Below, piece after piece: positions 20,637 through 31,747 of a stretch of DNA of 64,000 nucleotides. A program made the translations under genes and the position numbers. Location: the IMG/VR virus record IMGVR_UViG_3300043101_000273. The stretch is one strand, 5' to 3'. Position 1 is the first letter of the stretch, and each line of letters starts with the position of its first letter. The notes beneath the pieces are model-generated. The model did not search any database, was not told the DNA's origin, and worked only from the letters and a program-made list of their open reading frames with translations. Source of the stretch: an uncultured virus (IMG/VR IMGVR_UViG_3300043101_000273) (lineage: Duplodnaviria; Heunggongvirae; Uroviricota; Caudoviricetes).

Positions 20637-22907
20637 ATGCTTTCAAAAGAACTAATAGAAAGATACAAAAATCTGTACATGGTTAATGGCAGTCTTTCAA
20701 AAATGATTTTGAAAACCATAAATGCTAATATTACTTATAATTATGCAGGATGGGAAAATAAATTAACCAAAGTACTTGGTTTTGCAGAACCAAAAGCTAC
20801 TTATAACTGGGTTAAAAAAACAATGCCAGAGTTTTATAGCGAACAATGTTATAATGAAAACAACAGAATTAATGAAGTCGCTAATATTATAAAGAACATG
20901 GATATTGTACCTTTTCTTGAAAAGAACTGGAATAAGAAATTATTTAAAGTTCTTAATAAAATTGATAACACAATATTAACAGAAGTAGATGCCTGTTTAT
21001 ATGTTTGTCATAATATGCCTGAATTTTTTGGTCTTACAACAGAGTTTTCTACTGATGAAGATATTGAAGAAGCAAAAGTTGTTATCATTGATAATTTGAG
21101 TGATGATTTTGCTCTTAATAGAAATGCCATTGAATGTATTAGTGAAATAACAAGCATTCCTATTTCAGAAGTCAATAATTGGTTGGATAAAAATATTCCT
21201 GATTTTTATTCAAGAGAATTTTTAAATAGTAAAGATAATATTGCAAAAAATACTATTGCAAAAGATAACATTACTAAAAACTCAAACAAAGAAGTTATTG
21301 AAACTAATACAGAAAATATTTCTGAGAAAGTTCCTGATAAGGAAGTTGTTAATGAAGAAATTTCTAATAGTATTTCTAATAATACTTCTGATAATAGTAC
21401 TGCTAATAATATAGAAGAAACTTCTAAGGAAAATATTGAAGTAATAGAAAAACCAAAAATTCTTACAAAAGAAGATATTATTAAAAATTCTAATATTGAC
21501 TTTTCAAAACAAAACTGGGAAGATGAATTATCTAAAGAGTTTAATCTTTCATCAGAAGAAACACATGATTGGGTTAAACAAAATATGCCTAATTTTTATA
21601 ATGAAAAATGTTTTAATGAAAATACTATTTTAAATAATAATAAAAAATTAGTATTGAATTGTAAAGTTGATTTTAATAAAAGGAACTGGCATATTGAATT
21701 ATCAAGAGTAATGAATAATACTCCTGAAGAAGCATATGTTTTTGTTAAAACTAATATGCCTGATTTTTATGATAAGTGTTTTGCTGATAAAAACTTTGGT
21801 GAAGATAGTATTATACATATAGCTAATTATATATCAATTGCTACTAACTCAGATATTATTTTTACTAATAAGAATTCAGATAAAGAAATAGCTCAATTAT
21901 TTAATTGTAGTATTGAAAAAGCTCGTAGTTTTATAAGTGATATTTTATTTATAAAGGTAGATTTTGAAAACGAAGAAACTATTGAAGATAATATTAATGC
22001 TTCTAATGATATTTCAATAAATAATGTTTCTGATGAAACACTTAATGAAACGTATTCTAACGAAGAAATGTTTTCTAATAATGAAGAAGTATTTTCTAGT
22101 AATGAAAACTTTTCTAATGATATTTCTAATAATACTTCTAATAATAATCTTTCTAATAATATAGAAAATTCTATTGAAGAAGATATTATGATAGAAAATG
22201 ATAAAATTATTGAAGAAAATGTTCCAGAAGAAAACATTATAGAAGATAGTTCAGAAAATGAAGTTAAAGAACCTTCTATAAGAGAGTTAAATAGGAAGCA
22301 TATTGAAGAAACTTTTGATTTAAGAGTTCTTAGAAATAGAAAAGCTACTGATGCTGCTCTTTTACTTAAAAGAATTGATATGTTGAAAAATTGTGATATT
22401 GATTTTTCACTCCCTGATTGGAAATATAAAATTGCTGATTTATTTGAAGTGGAAGTTGGAAGTTTATATGGCTACTTCGCTAGAAATCTTCCTAAGTTCT
22501 ACGAAAAATATTGTTTAAAACAAAGAAATTCAAAATTAAAAAGGCAACAGACTATTCGTTATGCAAACAAAAAAGAACTTATAATGAATAGCAATATAAA
22601 CTTTTCTCAAAAAGGTTGGACAGAAAAATTAGCAAAACTCTTTAATTCTACCCCTAAAAAAAGTAGTATGTGGGTAAGAAACAATATGTATGATTTCTAT
22701 ATCAATAATTGTTTTAAGGCAATTAAAAATGAAAATAAGAACACAGAAGTTCCAAGAAGAATCAATGAAATAAAGAAAGCTAATATTGACTTAACTAAGA
22801 ATGACCATGTAGAAAAGATTGCAAAATTATTCAATGTATCTAAATTAGAAGTACAACTTTTCATAGAAGAATATATTGAAGAAATATGCGAAGCTAATCT
22901 TATTTAA
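20637..22907 (+). CDS. Helical-repeat protein 1 (~9 NIDFSKxxW...WVxxNMPxFY units); start revised
   Basis: Track start is the TTG of the -35 box; AAGGAGG precedes ATG 20637. Confidence 0.9.
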   Translation: MLSKELIERYKNLYMVNGSLSKMILKTINANITYNYAGWENKLTKVLGFAEPKATYNWVKKTMPEFYSEQCYNENNRINEVANIIKNMDIVPFLEKNWNKKLFKVLNKIDNTILTEVDACLYVCHNMPEFFGLTTEFSTDEDIEEAKVVIIDNLSDDFALNRNAIECISEITSIPISEVNNWLDKNIPDFYSREFLNSKDNIAKNTIAKDNITKNSNKEVIETNTENISEKVPDKEVVNEEISNSISNNTSDNSTANNIEETSKENIEVIEKPKILTKEDIIKNSNIDFSKQNWEDELSKEFNLSSEETHDWVKQNMPNFYNEKCFNENTILNNNKKLVLNCKVDFNKRNWHIELSRVMNNTPEEAYVFVKTNMPDFYDKCFADKNFGEDSIIHIANYISIATNSDIIFTNKNSDKEIAQLFNCSIEKARSFISDILFIKVDFENEETIEDNINASNDISINNVSDETLNETYSNEEMFSNNEEVFSSNENFSNDISNNTSNNNLSNNIENSIEEDIMIENDKIIEENVPEENIIEDSSENEVKEPSIRELNRKHIEETFDLRVLRNRKATDAALLLKRIDMLKNCDIDFSLPDWKYKIADLFEVEVGSLYGYFARNLPKFYEKYCLKQRNSKLKRQQTIRYANKKELIMNSNINFSQKGWTEKLAKLFNSTPKKSSMWVRNNMYDFYINNCFKAIKNENKNTEVPRRINEIKKANIDLTKNDHVEKIAKLFNVSKLEVQLFIEEYIEEICEANLI

Positions 22908-23033
22908 ATACCATTTAAAGGAGCTGAAATATGCTCCTTTTTTATTATTTATTTATTGACAAAACATAAAAAATATGGTATAATACAAACGTACAAGAAA
23001 GTTTTTAATAAATACAATGAGGAGGACACTCTT

Positions 23034-24809
23034 ATGGAAGAGAATAAATTGGATTATTATTATAAAAAATATGCTAATAAGAGTTATACTTTTAGAAGCG
23101 TATTAAACAGTAAAGTTGATTTTTCAAAAAAAGATTGGCAAAATAAATTATGTGAAGTTGTTAATTTCTATAATCCTAAAGCAGCTCATGATTTTGTAAA
23201 AAATAATATGCCAGACTTTTATAACGAATGTTGTTATAATGATAACAATGCTTTAATAAACATTAAAGATATAATAAACCTAGTTGGCATTTCAATACAC
23301 GAAAAAAACTGGGATAAAAAAGTATTTAATATAATAAAAAATTACGATAATACAATTATTACTCCATTACAAGCTTTTAGTTGGTTGAAATATAATATGC
23401 CTGAGTTTTATGGTAATAAAAAAGAGTTATTACATAAAACAGATGTAAGGTCTAAAAATTCTCTTAATAAATTAAGAATAGAAATGATAAAGAATCTAAG
23501 TGATGGTTTTATTTTACAATCAGACGCATTAGATTCAATAAGTGTTATTATTTCTATGTCAAGAGATGATGCAAGAAGTTGGATGTTAAAGAATATTACC
23601 AATTCCGCTAAAAAAACAACAACTAATAATTATATGTTCGTTGATAAGAATGAATTTATAAAAAATACTGGTATTGATTTCAGTAAGGAAAATTGGAACG
23701 AATTATTATGTAAAAGATTTAGTAATGAAACTCCTGAAAGTATTAAAGAATATGTAAAAAATAATATGCCAGATTTTTATAATGAATGTTGTTTTAATGA
23801 AAATACTATTATAAATAACAAAAGAAATGTAGTTTTAAATTCTAAAGTAAATTTTAGTAATAGAAATTGGCATATTGAATTATCCAAAGTAATGAATAAT
23901 ACACCAGAAGAAGCTTATAACTTCGTTAAAGATAATATGGAGTCTTTATATAAAAGAGCTTTTAAGGATGATAGATACGGAGAAGATGGTATATTATCCA
24001 TTGCTAATCAATTACAAATTATTGTTAATTCAGGTATTAACTTATTTGATAAAAATTGCAATAAGAGAATAGGTGAGTTACTTAATATAAGTTATAATGA
24101 AGTTTACAATTTAACCACTAAACATTTATTATTAAATGAAAAATTAAAAACTATACCTAAAGGAAATATTATTAAAGAAGATATTATTCCAAATGAACAA
24201 TTAATTGAATTAAATAGGAAAAATATTGAAAATTGTAGTAGATATTATAAAAGCAACAGTAGTGAAGAAATTCAAACTTTTATAAATAGAAAAGAACTAA
24301 TGATTGAGTCAGGAATTAATTATACTAAAGAAAATTGGGCAAATCTATTAGCAGAAAAGCTTAACATGAATTATTTAGATATTTATTATTGGGTAAAGAA
24401 AAATATGAATATATTCTTTACTAATTATTGTTACCATTATGATGAAGAAAATTATAATGTAATACAATATAAAAAAAATATTATAGATAATAGTAATATA
24501 GATTTTTCAAAGTATGGTTGGGATAGTGAATTATCAAAGTTATTTACTACTACTCAACGTAAAACTCATGAATGGGTTAGAGATAATTTACCTGACTTTT
24601 ACAGAAATAATTGTTTTAAATACACTAATGGTTCAAATCGTTCAGATGAAATAAGAAGAAGATTACAAGTAATGAAACAGAATAATGTAAGTTTTCATTC
24701 TAGTGAATGTATTCCAAAGATTGCAAAGTTATTTAATATTTCTGTTTTATCTGCAAAAAACTTTATAAAAGAATGTAAAACTTATGTTCCTGCAGAAAAA
24801 CTTGTATAA
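23034..24809 (+). CDS. Helical-repeat protein 2 (~9 units); start revised
   Basis: Promoter at 22956; GAGGAGG before ATG 23034; collinear with proteins 1 and 3. Confidence 0.9.
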   Translation: MEENKLDYYYKKYANKSYTFRSVLNSKVDFSKKDWQNKLCEVVNFYNPKAAHDFVKNNMPDFYNECCYNDNNALINIKDIINLVGISIHEKNWDKKVFNIIKNYDNTIITPLQAFSWLKYNMPEFYGNKKELLHKTDVRSKNSLNKLRIEMIKNLSDGFILQSDALDSISVIISMSRDDARSWMLKNITNSAKKTTTNNYMFVDKNEFIKNTGIDFSKENWNELLCKRFSNETPESIKEYVKNNMPDFYNECCFNENTIINNKRNVVLNSKVNFSNRNWHIELSKVMNNTPEEAYNFVKDNMESLYKRAFKDDRYGEDGILSIANQLQIIVNSGINLFDKNCNKRIGELLNISYNEVYNLTTKHLLLNEKLKTIPKGNIIKEDIIPNEQLIELNRKNIENCSRYYKSNSSEEIQTFINRKELMIESGINYTKENWANLLAEKLNMNYLDIYYWVKKNMNIFFTNYCYHYDEENYNVIQYKKNIIDNSNIDFSKYGWDSELSKLFTTTQRKTHEWVRDNLPDFYRNNCFKYTNGSNRSDEIRRRLQVMKQNNVSFHSSECIPKIAKLFNISVLSAKNFIKECKTYVPAEKLV

Positions 24810-25017
24810 ATTGAAAAAACTTATATAAGTATGTTAATAAATAATTATTTTTGCAATATAAATAATTGATGTAATCATAATGTATATTGTCTTGGCATTT
24901 AAAAACATCATTCCTTTTTATAATTTTATAGTTTTAAAGAAAGAGAACGAAATTAATTTTCGTTCTTTTTTCTTAAAAGTACTTGACAAATATGAAAATA
25001 AGTATTATAATAATATC

Positions 25018-25397
25018 ATAATTCAAAGTTCATTGTAAGTTTTCAAAAGTATACAAATTCCTCCTAAGAATGATTGTATATTTTTAACCAAAACCAGTAG
25101 TTAAACAAACAGGAAGAAAGAGAGAGTTTTCTCTCTTTTTTCTTTTTATAAAAAACTTGCTTTATAATTGAAATGTTTTTATAAATTGGATAATAAGATA
25201 AATATTTTTATAAAAAATTAAAAATATTACTTGACAAATGTATTTTTTTATGATAACATATGATTAAATCACATTAATTATTTTTGTGATTTAGCCATAT
25301 AGTAGGACGTTTTTATCCTCCGTCCACATAGTTTTCTAAAATTTTGTGTTTTTCGTATTGATAAGAAAGGTAGATTATTCAGAATCTATCTTTTTTA
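25018..25397 (+). ncRNA. Two further ORF-less promoter-terminator units (~25018-25141, ~25266-25397)
   Basis: TTGACA at 24983 and 25231 (second -10 weak); ACAAATTCCTCCT and ATCCTCC motifs; terminators. Confidence 0.55.
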
Positions 25398-25618
25398 TTT
25401 TTATAGTTTTACAAATAGTATTTATAAATTAAAAAATTTATTTTTATTATTTATATTTGCTCTAATATTTAAAAAAATCTATTAAAATACAGTAAATTCC
25501 AATATTTTTTTAATAAATTATATTGACAAACATTAAAAAAAGTAGTATAATAATAATCAACATAAAATGTATGGCAATGTATAATTTTTAGAGCAACACA
25601 ATAAGGAGGGTAAATGTA

Positions 25619-27859
25619 TTGAAGAATATAGATTTATCTAAATACGAAAAAAAATACAATGCAATGGGAAGTCTATTTAGGAAAGTTTTAAGTAGCGACA
25701 TTGATTATGGTTACGCAGGTTGGGAATGGGAGTTAAAAAATGTATTTGGCTTCAATAATGAAAAAGCAGCCCGTACTTGGGTTAAAAACAATATGCCTGA
25801 TTTTTATGATGAATTTTGCTACAATGAAAGTGCAGAAGTAAAAGAAATTAAATATATAATAGATAAACAATTAAAAATTTCTATTTTTAGAAAGAATTGG
25901 AATATAGATGTTTTTAATGTTTTGTCAGATATGGCAGAAAATATCAATACACAAGTAGATGCTTGTTTGTGGGTAAAAAGAAATATGCCAGAGTTTTTTC
26001 AATTAAATGACAAAACAGACCCAATTTCACTTAATGTTGTAAGACAACAGATGGTTGATAAATTGAGCGATGATTTCGTAAGAAAGAATAAAAATATCGA
26101 AGGAATTATTAGTGAAATAACTAACATTCCTTATAACGAAGTAAGAACTTGGTTGGATGAAAATGTTCCTGATTTCTATACAAGAGCTTTTATTCAACAA
26201 AATAATACTTCTGAAAATATTTCTAATAAAGTAAATCAAGAAGAAGTTTCTTTCTTAGCTACTAAGGAAGAAATAGTTAAAAATTCTAAAATAGATTTTA
26301 AAAAACCTCTTTGGGAACGTAAATTATCAAAACAGTTTGGTTTATCTGATGCAGAAACTCATGAATGGGTAAAAAGAAATATGCCAGATTTCTACAATAA
26401 TGAATGTTACAATGAACGTACTGTTACAGATGCAAAAAAGAGATATATCTTAAATTGTAAAACAGTCAATTTTAATAAAAGAAATTGGCACATTGAACTT
26501 TCAAGATTGTTTGAAGAAATTCCTAAGCAAACATATTTCTTTGTAAAAGAAAATATGCCTGAGTTTTTTAAAAACTGTTATACAGACCCAAGGTTTGGTA
26601 AAGAAAATAGTTTAATATCTGTTGCTAATTATTTACAAATTATTTTTGAAGCAGATATAAACTTTTCTGAGTATGGTTGGGATAAAAAAGTAGCAGAATT
26701 ACTTAATATTCCTGTTGACCAAGCTCGTGCTTTTATTAAAAAGAAATTGAACGTAGCTTATGATGAAAGATTTTTAGCAAATGATAAGGAATTAAATAAT
26801 TCTAAGGAAAATGCAAAAACTCCTAGCGAAGAAAATATTTCTAATAATATGTCTAAAGATATTTCAACTAAAAATTCTAACGAGGAAAGTAATGATAACA
26901 CTACTAATATTATTCCTAACAAGAAAGTGCCTAGTAAAGAAATTTCTAATAGTAAAATTTCTAATAATAGAGAATCTTCTAACAAGGAAATTTCTAATAA
27001 AGTAGATAAAAATTCTATTAGTATAAGAGAATTAAATAAATTGCACATAGAAGAATGTAATGAAGTTGCTACTTCTAATCCAACACTTTTTCATAAAAGA
27101 AAGAATCTTATTATGAATTGTGATATAGATTTTAGTAAGTATGGTTGGATGGAAAAGTTAAATGAATTATTCGGCGTTGAAGGACACTCTACTTCTGCAA
27201 GATGGTTGACCATGAATATGCCTATCTTCTATAAGAAATATTGTAATACTTATAATTCTCGTTATCCTAATAAAAATAAATATCTAATTCAGAAAAGAAA
27301 AGCTATTATTGAAAATAGTAATATAAACTTTTCTCAAAAGGGTTGGGCTGAAGAATTAGGAAAGCTTTTTGGTATTAGTAGTAATTCTGCTTATATTTGG
27401 GTAAAAGCAAATATGCCTGAATTTTATAGAGAAAAGTGTGGTAACACAAGAGTATTTACAGAAGATGTTTTTGAAAAGAGAAAGATTATTATTGAAACTT
27501 GTAATATAGATTTCGCTAAGAGAGGCTGGTCTGTAAAGTTAGCTAACTTATTTGGTACTACTCCTGTCGCAGCTTCTATATGGATAAAAAATAATATGCC
27601 TGATTTCTATAATAAGAATTGTTATAGAAATGGTTTTAAAGAAAATTCAGAAAATATTATTTCAGAAGAAAATATTTCTGCTCCAGTAGAGAAAATCCCT
27701 TCTGATAAGAGAAAAGATGTTATTAAGAATAGTAATATAGATTTCTCTAAGAGGGGTTGGTCTGTAAAAGTTGCTAATTTATTAAATATTAGTTCAACAG
27801 CAGCTTCCGCTTGGGTAAGAAATAATATGCCAGAAGTGGTAAAAAAAGAAGCACAATAA
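25619..27859 (+). CDS. Helical-repeat protein 3 (~10 units)
   Basis: AAGGAGG RBS, TTG start, own promoter and terminator. Confidence 0.9.
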   Translation: MKNIDLSKYEKKYNAMGSLFRKVLSSDIDYGYAGWEWELKNVFGFNNEKAARTWVKNNMPDFYDEFCYNESAEVKEIKYIIDKQLKISIFRKNWNIDVFNVLSDMAENINTQVDACLWVKRNMPEFFQLNDKTDPISLNVVRQQMVDKLSDDFVRKNKNIEGIISEITNIPYNEVRTWLDENVPDFYTRAFIQQNNTSENISNKVNQEEVSFLATKEEIVKNSKIDFKKPLWERKLSKQFGLSDAETHEWVKRNMPDFYNNECYNERTVTDAKKRYILNCKTVNFNKRNWHIELSRLFEEIPKQTYFFVKENMPEFFKNCYTDPRFGKENSLISVANYLQIIFEADINFSEYGWDKKVAELLNIPVDQARAFIKKKLNVAYDERFLANDKELNNSKENAKTPSEENISNNMSKDISTKNSNEESNDNTTNIIPNKKVPSKEISNSKISNNRESSNKEISNKVDKNSISIRELNKLHIEECNEVATSNPTLFHKRKNLIMNCDIDFSKYGWMEKLNELFGVEGHSTSARWLTMNMPIFYKKYCNTYNSRYPNKNKYLIQKRKAIIENSNINFSQKGWAEELGKLFGISSNSAYIWVKANMPEFYREKCGNTRVFTEDVFEKRKIIIETCNIDFAKRGWSVKLANLFGTTPVAASIWIKNNMPDFYNKNCYRNGFKENSENIISEENISAPVEKIPSDKRKDVIKNSNIDFSKRGWSVKVANLLNISSTAASAWVRNNMPEVVKKEAQ

Positions 27860-27997
27860 TTATATTGTATTAGAGGAAATTTTTAGCGAATTTCCTCTTT
27901 TTTTGTAAAGTTTTTGTGAATAACTACTTGACAAAAACTGGGTTTTGGTATACAATAATAATATATTTTGACGATTTTTTAAAGGAGGAAACACTAT

Positions 27998-28921
27998 ATG
28001 GCAAGTTTAGGTAGAAAAGTTACATTTGAAAGAATTAATATCATTAACAATTCAGGTATAGATTTTACTATCCAAGGTTGGGAAAAAGATTTAAGTCATT
28101 TATTTGGCATCTCTACTCAAAAAACTCTTGAATGGGTTAAAACCGAAATGCCAGCTTTTTACAAAAATTGCTACCATAATGATGAAGAAGAACCAATCAG
28201 CAATATTGCTCCTAAGAAAAAAATTAAGAAGAATACTGATGAAAACATAAAAGAAGAAAGAATTGTTAAAAAGATTACTACTGATAATAATAATATTTTA
28301 AAAGATACTGTTACAAAAGACAATATATTAAATATTAAAAATAAAGAAGTTATTTTAAGCAACATAAAACTTTTACTTTGTAATGTGAACTGGACTGATA
28401 AAGATTGGTCTTCACAAGCAGCAAAGCTTCTTAATACTAATAAAACAGAAGCAATTAAATTCGTAAAGAAATACATGAATTATTGTTACAATATTGATTG
28501 TGCAGAAAATAAAGAATTTTCAACTAACTTTCTTTATAAAGATATTAATACCAAAGATAAGAAAATTATAGATATAATAAAAAATTCTAATATTGATTTT
28601 TCCCATTCAAATTGGGCAGCTCAATTAGGGAAACTTTTAAATATATCTTCTGACGAAGCTTATAATTACATCTCATTTTATATGCCAGAGGTATATCAGA
28701 CTTGTGCAAAGAGAGACCAGTTTTTATTTAGACAGGATTTAACTCATTCTGAAAAAGTAAAAATATTCTTTAATTCAAATATAAATTATAAAAATAAAGG
28801 GTGGGATTCTCAATTAGCAAAACTATTTGGGATATCCGATAATCATAAAAGTGTTTTAAGAAATTGGGTGAAGAATACTTTCCCTATATTCTATAATCAC
28901 TACTGTTTTAAAACTAATTAA
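27998..28921 (+). CDS. Helical-repeat protein 4 (4 units)
   Basis: Repeat motif, RBS, promoter. Confidence 0.9.
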   Translation: MASLGRKVTFERINIINNSGIDFTIQGWEKDLSHLFGISTQKTLEWVKTEMPAFYKNCYHNDEEEPISNIAPKKKIKKNTDENIKEERIVKKITTDNNNILKDTVTKDNILNIKNKEVILSNIKLLLCNVNWTDKDWSSQAAKLLNTNKTEAIKFVKKYMNYCYNIDCAENKEFSTNFLYKDINTKDKKIIDIIKNSNIDFSHSNWAAQLGKLLNISSDEAYNYISFYMPEVYQTCAKRDQFLFRQDLTHSEKVKIFFNSNINYKNKGWDSQLAKLFGISDNHKSVLRNWVKNTFPIFYNHYCFKTN

Positions 28922-29065
28922 ATTATTTTATAAAGAAGTGTTTTTAGCAACACTTCTTTTTTTATGAAAAAATATTGACAAACGCTAAAAAGTATGGTAT
29001 AATTTAAATCAGAAAAAGTAAAAATATAACTATGTCTTAATAAGACGAACAGTAGGAGGTATTGT

Positions 29066-31432
29066 ATGAATGCTATTTTAGACAATAAGGCTCTAACAGA
29101 TACTAATGATATTAAACAATTTAATTCTTCAAATAATTCATCAATTTCCGATGAAATAATTTCCTTTGTAAAGAAAAATATTCCTACTCTATGTGATGAA
29201 AATTTAGAAAGTTTCAATAATCCTAAGATTAATAATGAAATTATTAAAAGTTTAATATTAAATAGCAATATAAATTTTTATGCAGCCAATTGGAGTAAAA
29301 AATTATCAAAAACTTTAAACATTACAGAAGAAAAAAGTTTTATATGGTTAAAAAATAATTTACCACAATTATTTAAAAAAGCCCGTATATTTTCAAAGAT
29401 AAAAAAAGTAAGTTGTCCTGATGGTTATACTGTTGATTTTTATAAAGAAGATTTATTTAAAATCTATTCTAATGTTTCTAATGCTACTTTTATTAAGAAC
29501 TTAAAACGTAAAGAAGCAGTACTAAATAGTAATATAGATTTTAAAAAAATTGGTTGGAAAACAGAAGTAGCAAAACTTTTAGAACTTTCTCCTGCCAGTG
29601 CTAATAATTGGATAGACAAATATATGCCAGAATTGGTTAAAAATTCTTATCCAAATAAAGTAAATAAGAAGGAAGTAGCAAAGAAAGAACCTGCTTCAAG
29701 AGGAAGAAAACCTACTTTAAAGAAATGTGTTGATATTAACTTAAATAATAAAGTTACAACAGATAGACAAAGAATTAAAATTATCAATAGTTTAAATTCT
29801 GAGTTCATTAAAAAGAAAGGTTGGAGTGGAACTTTAAGTAAAATGATAAATATTCCTTTAACTCAATTATTTACTTGGCTTAATGAGAATGTTCCAGATT
29901 TCTATGATAATATTTATAAGGATGATATAGAAATAATCAATACCAATAATATGTCTAAAAGATTTGATGTTATTAATGAAGAACGTAAAAAGATAATTGA
30001 TAATTGTAATATAGACTTTGGTAAAAGTAATTGGGATAGTGAATTATCTAAATTGTTTGGCATATCAGATATGGCTACAAGAAATTGGTTAGAAAAGAAT
30101 ATGCCTGAATTTTATTCTAATATATTATCACTTCAAAAGAAAAATGGTCTTTATGCTAATCAAAAAAGAAAAAAGAGAACTGGTAAAGTAACCGAAGATA
30201 ACAAGAAACGTTTAAATATAGTCCATACTTGTAATATAGATTTTACTAATAGTGATTGGGCTTATGAATTATCTAAATTATTCGGTACTACCGAAGCTAG
30301 TACAAAGAGTTGGGTAAAAAATCATATGCCAAAAACGTATAAGAAAATAATTGCAAATCAACTTGTTCCTAATAATAGGCAGCAGATTGTTCTTAATTGC
30401 AATATAGATTTTTCTAAAAGAAATTGGTATATAGAATTATCTAAGTTATTTAATATTGGTTCTTTTGAAACTTATAATTGGGTAAAGGATAATATGAAAG
30501 ATTTCTTTAATGATAAATGTTATCATGATGTCTTTTCAGGTACTGATTATGATTTAATAAGAATTGTTAGTGAATATAACAATATAGATTTTTCTAAAAG
30601 AAACTGGTATATAGAATTATCTAAACTTCTTAATCAAACACCATTCAATTCTTATGAATGGATGAAAAAGAATATGCCTGTATTCTTTAAAGATAATTGT
30701 TATCAGGATGAATATTCTGCAACTAAGTTAGATTTAGTAAAAATTGTTAATGAAAGCGATATAGATTTTACTAAAGAAAACTGGGAAGAAGAATTATCTA
30801 AATTAATTAATATTAAAGAAAAAGATGCTAAAAAATGGTTAAAGACAAATCTATTTAATATAGAAAAGGATACTAGTCTTATTCAATTTATGAATAAAAG
30901 AGATATTCATTCTCTTGAAAGCAAAGTTGAAGCTAGAACTAATCTTATCCTTAATAGTGGTATAGATTTTTCTAATAAGAATTATATAGAAGATGTTGCA
31001 AAGCTTTTATGTGTTTCTAAACCTGCCGCTATGAGTTGGTTAAAAAAGCATATGCCAGAATTATATAATTCAGAGAATAAAAAAACAAATGATTCTTTAA
31101 CTAATAATCATTTTAATAATTCTAACAATGTTTCTAATAATACTATTTCTATGAATAGTAATTCTAATATAGAAACACCAGTAGAAATGTTGGAGAAAAC
31201 ACATACAGATACTTATGATAAAATTAATGCTTTGTTAGAAATAACTTACGATGCAAATCATAGAAAAAGACTAGAAATGATTAAATATAGTGGTATAGAT
31301 TTTTCTAAGAGAGGTTGGTCTAATAAACTTGGTACACTTTTAAACCTTAAACCTGCTTCTGCTTATGCTTGGATTAGAAATAATTATAGTAATTTCTATG
31401 AAAAGGAATGTTATAAAACACATTCTAAGTAA
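29066..31432 (+). CDS. Helical-repeat protein 5 (~10 units)
   Basis: Repeat motif, AGGAGG RBS, promoter. Confidence 0.9.
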   Translation: MNAILDNKALTDTNDIKQFNSSNNSSISDEIISFVKKNIPTLCDENLESFNNPKINNEIIKSLILNSNINFYAANWSKKLSKTLNITEEKSFIWLKNNLPQLFKKARIFSKIKKVSCPDGYTVDFYKEDLFKIYSNVSNATFIKNLKRKEAVLNSNIDFKKIGWKTEVAKLLELSPASANNWIDKYMPELVKNSYPNKVNKKEVAKKEPASRGRKPTLKKCVDINLNNKVTTDRQRIKIINSLNSEFIKKKGWSGTLSKMINIPLTQLFTWLNENVPDFYDNIYKDDIEIINTNNMSKRFDVINEERKKIIDNCNIDFGKSNWDSELSKLFGISDMATRNWLEKNMPEFYSNILSLQKKNGLYANQKRKKRTGKVTEDNKKRLNIVHTCNIDFTNSDWAYELSKLFGTTEASTKSWVKNHMPKTYKKIIANQLVPNNRQQIVLNCNIDFSKRNWYIELSKLFNIGSFETYNWVKDNMKDFFNDKCYHDVFSGTDYDLIRIVSEYNNIDFSKRNWYIELSKLLNQTPFNSYEWMKKNMPVFFKDNCYQDEYSATKLDLVKIVNESDIDFTKENWEEELSKLINIKEKDAKKWLKTNLFNIEKDTSLIQFMNKRDIHSLESKVEARTNLILNSGIDFSNKNYIEDVAKLLCVSKPAAMSWLKKHMPELYNSENKKTNDSLTNNHFNNSNNVSNNTISMNSNSNIETPVEMLEKTHTDTYDKINALLEITYDANHRKRLEMIKYSGIDFSKRGWSNKLGTLLNLKPASAYAWIRNNYSNFYEKECYKTHSK

Positions 31433-31747
31433 GCTTTCTAAGCAAGCTTTTTCATAATATTTTTTATACACCTATTTTAGAAATAATGTGGCATTTAGAT
31501 TTTTCTTTATGTCACATTATTTTTTTAGAAGTAAAAAAACATTTTCTAAAAATAAAAGTTAATATAAGAATCTTTATTAAATATAGTATTACTGGTAATA
31601 CTAATAGTAAAATTAAAATTAAAGTTAATAATAATAGTAGTAGTAAATTTTAGTTCTATCAAAAACTTGACAAAAAGTAAAATCTTTGTTATAATATAAC
31701 TAAGCGAAAGGTAATTTTTAAAATTAAAAATAGAGGGAGTTGTTAAT

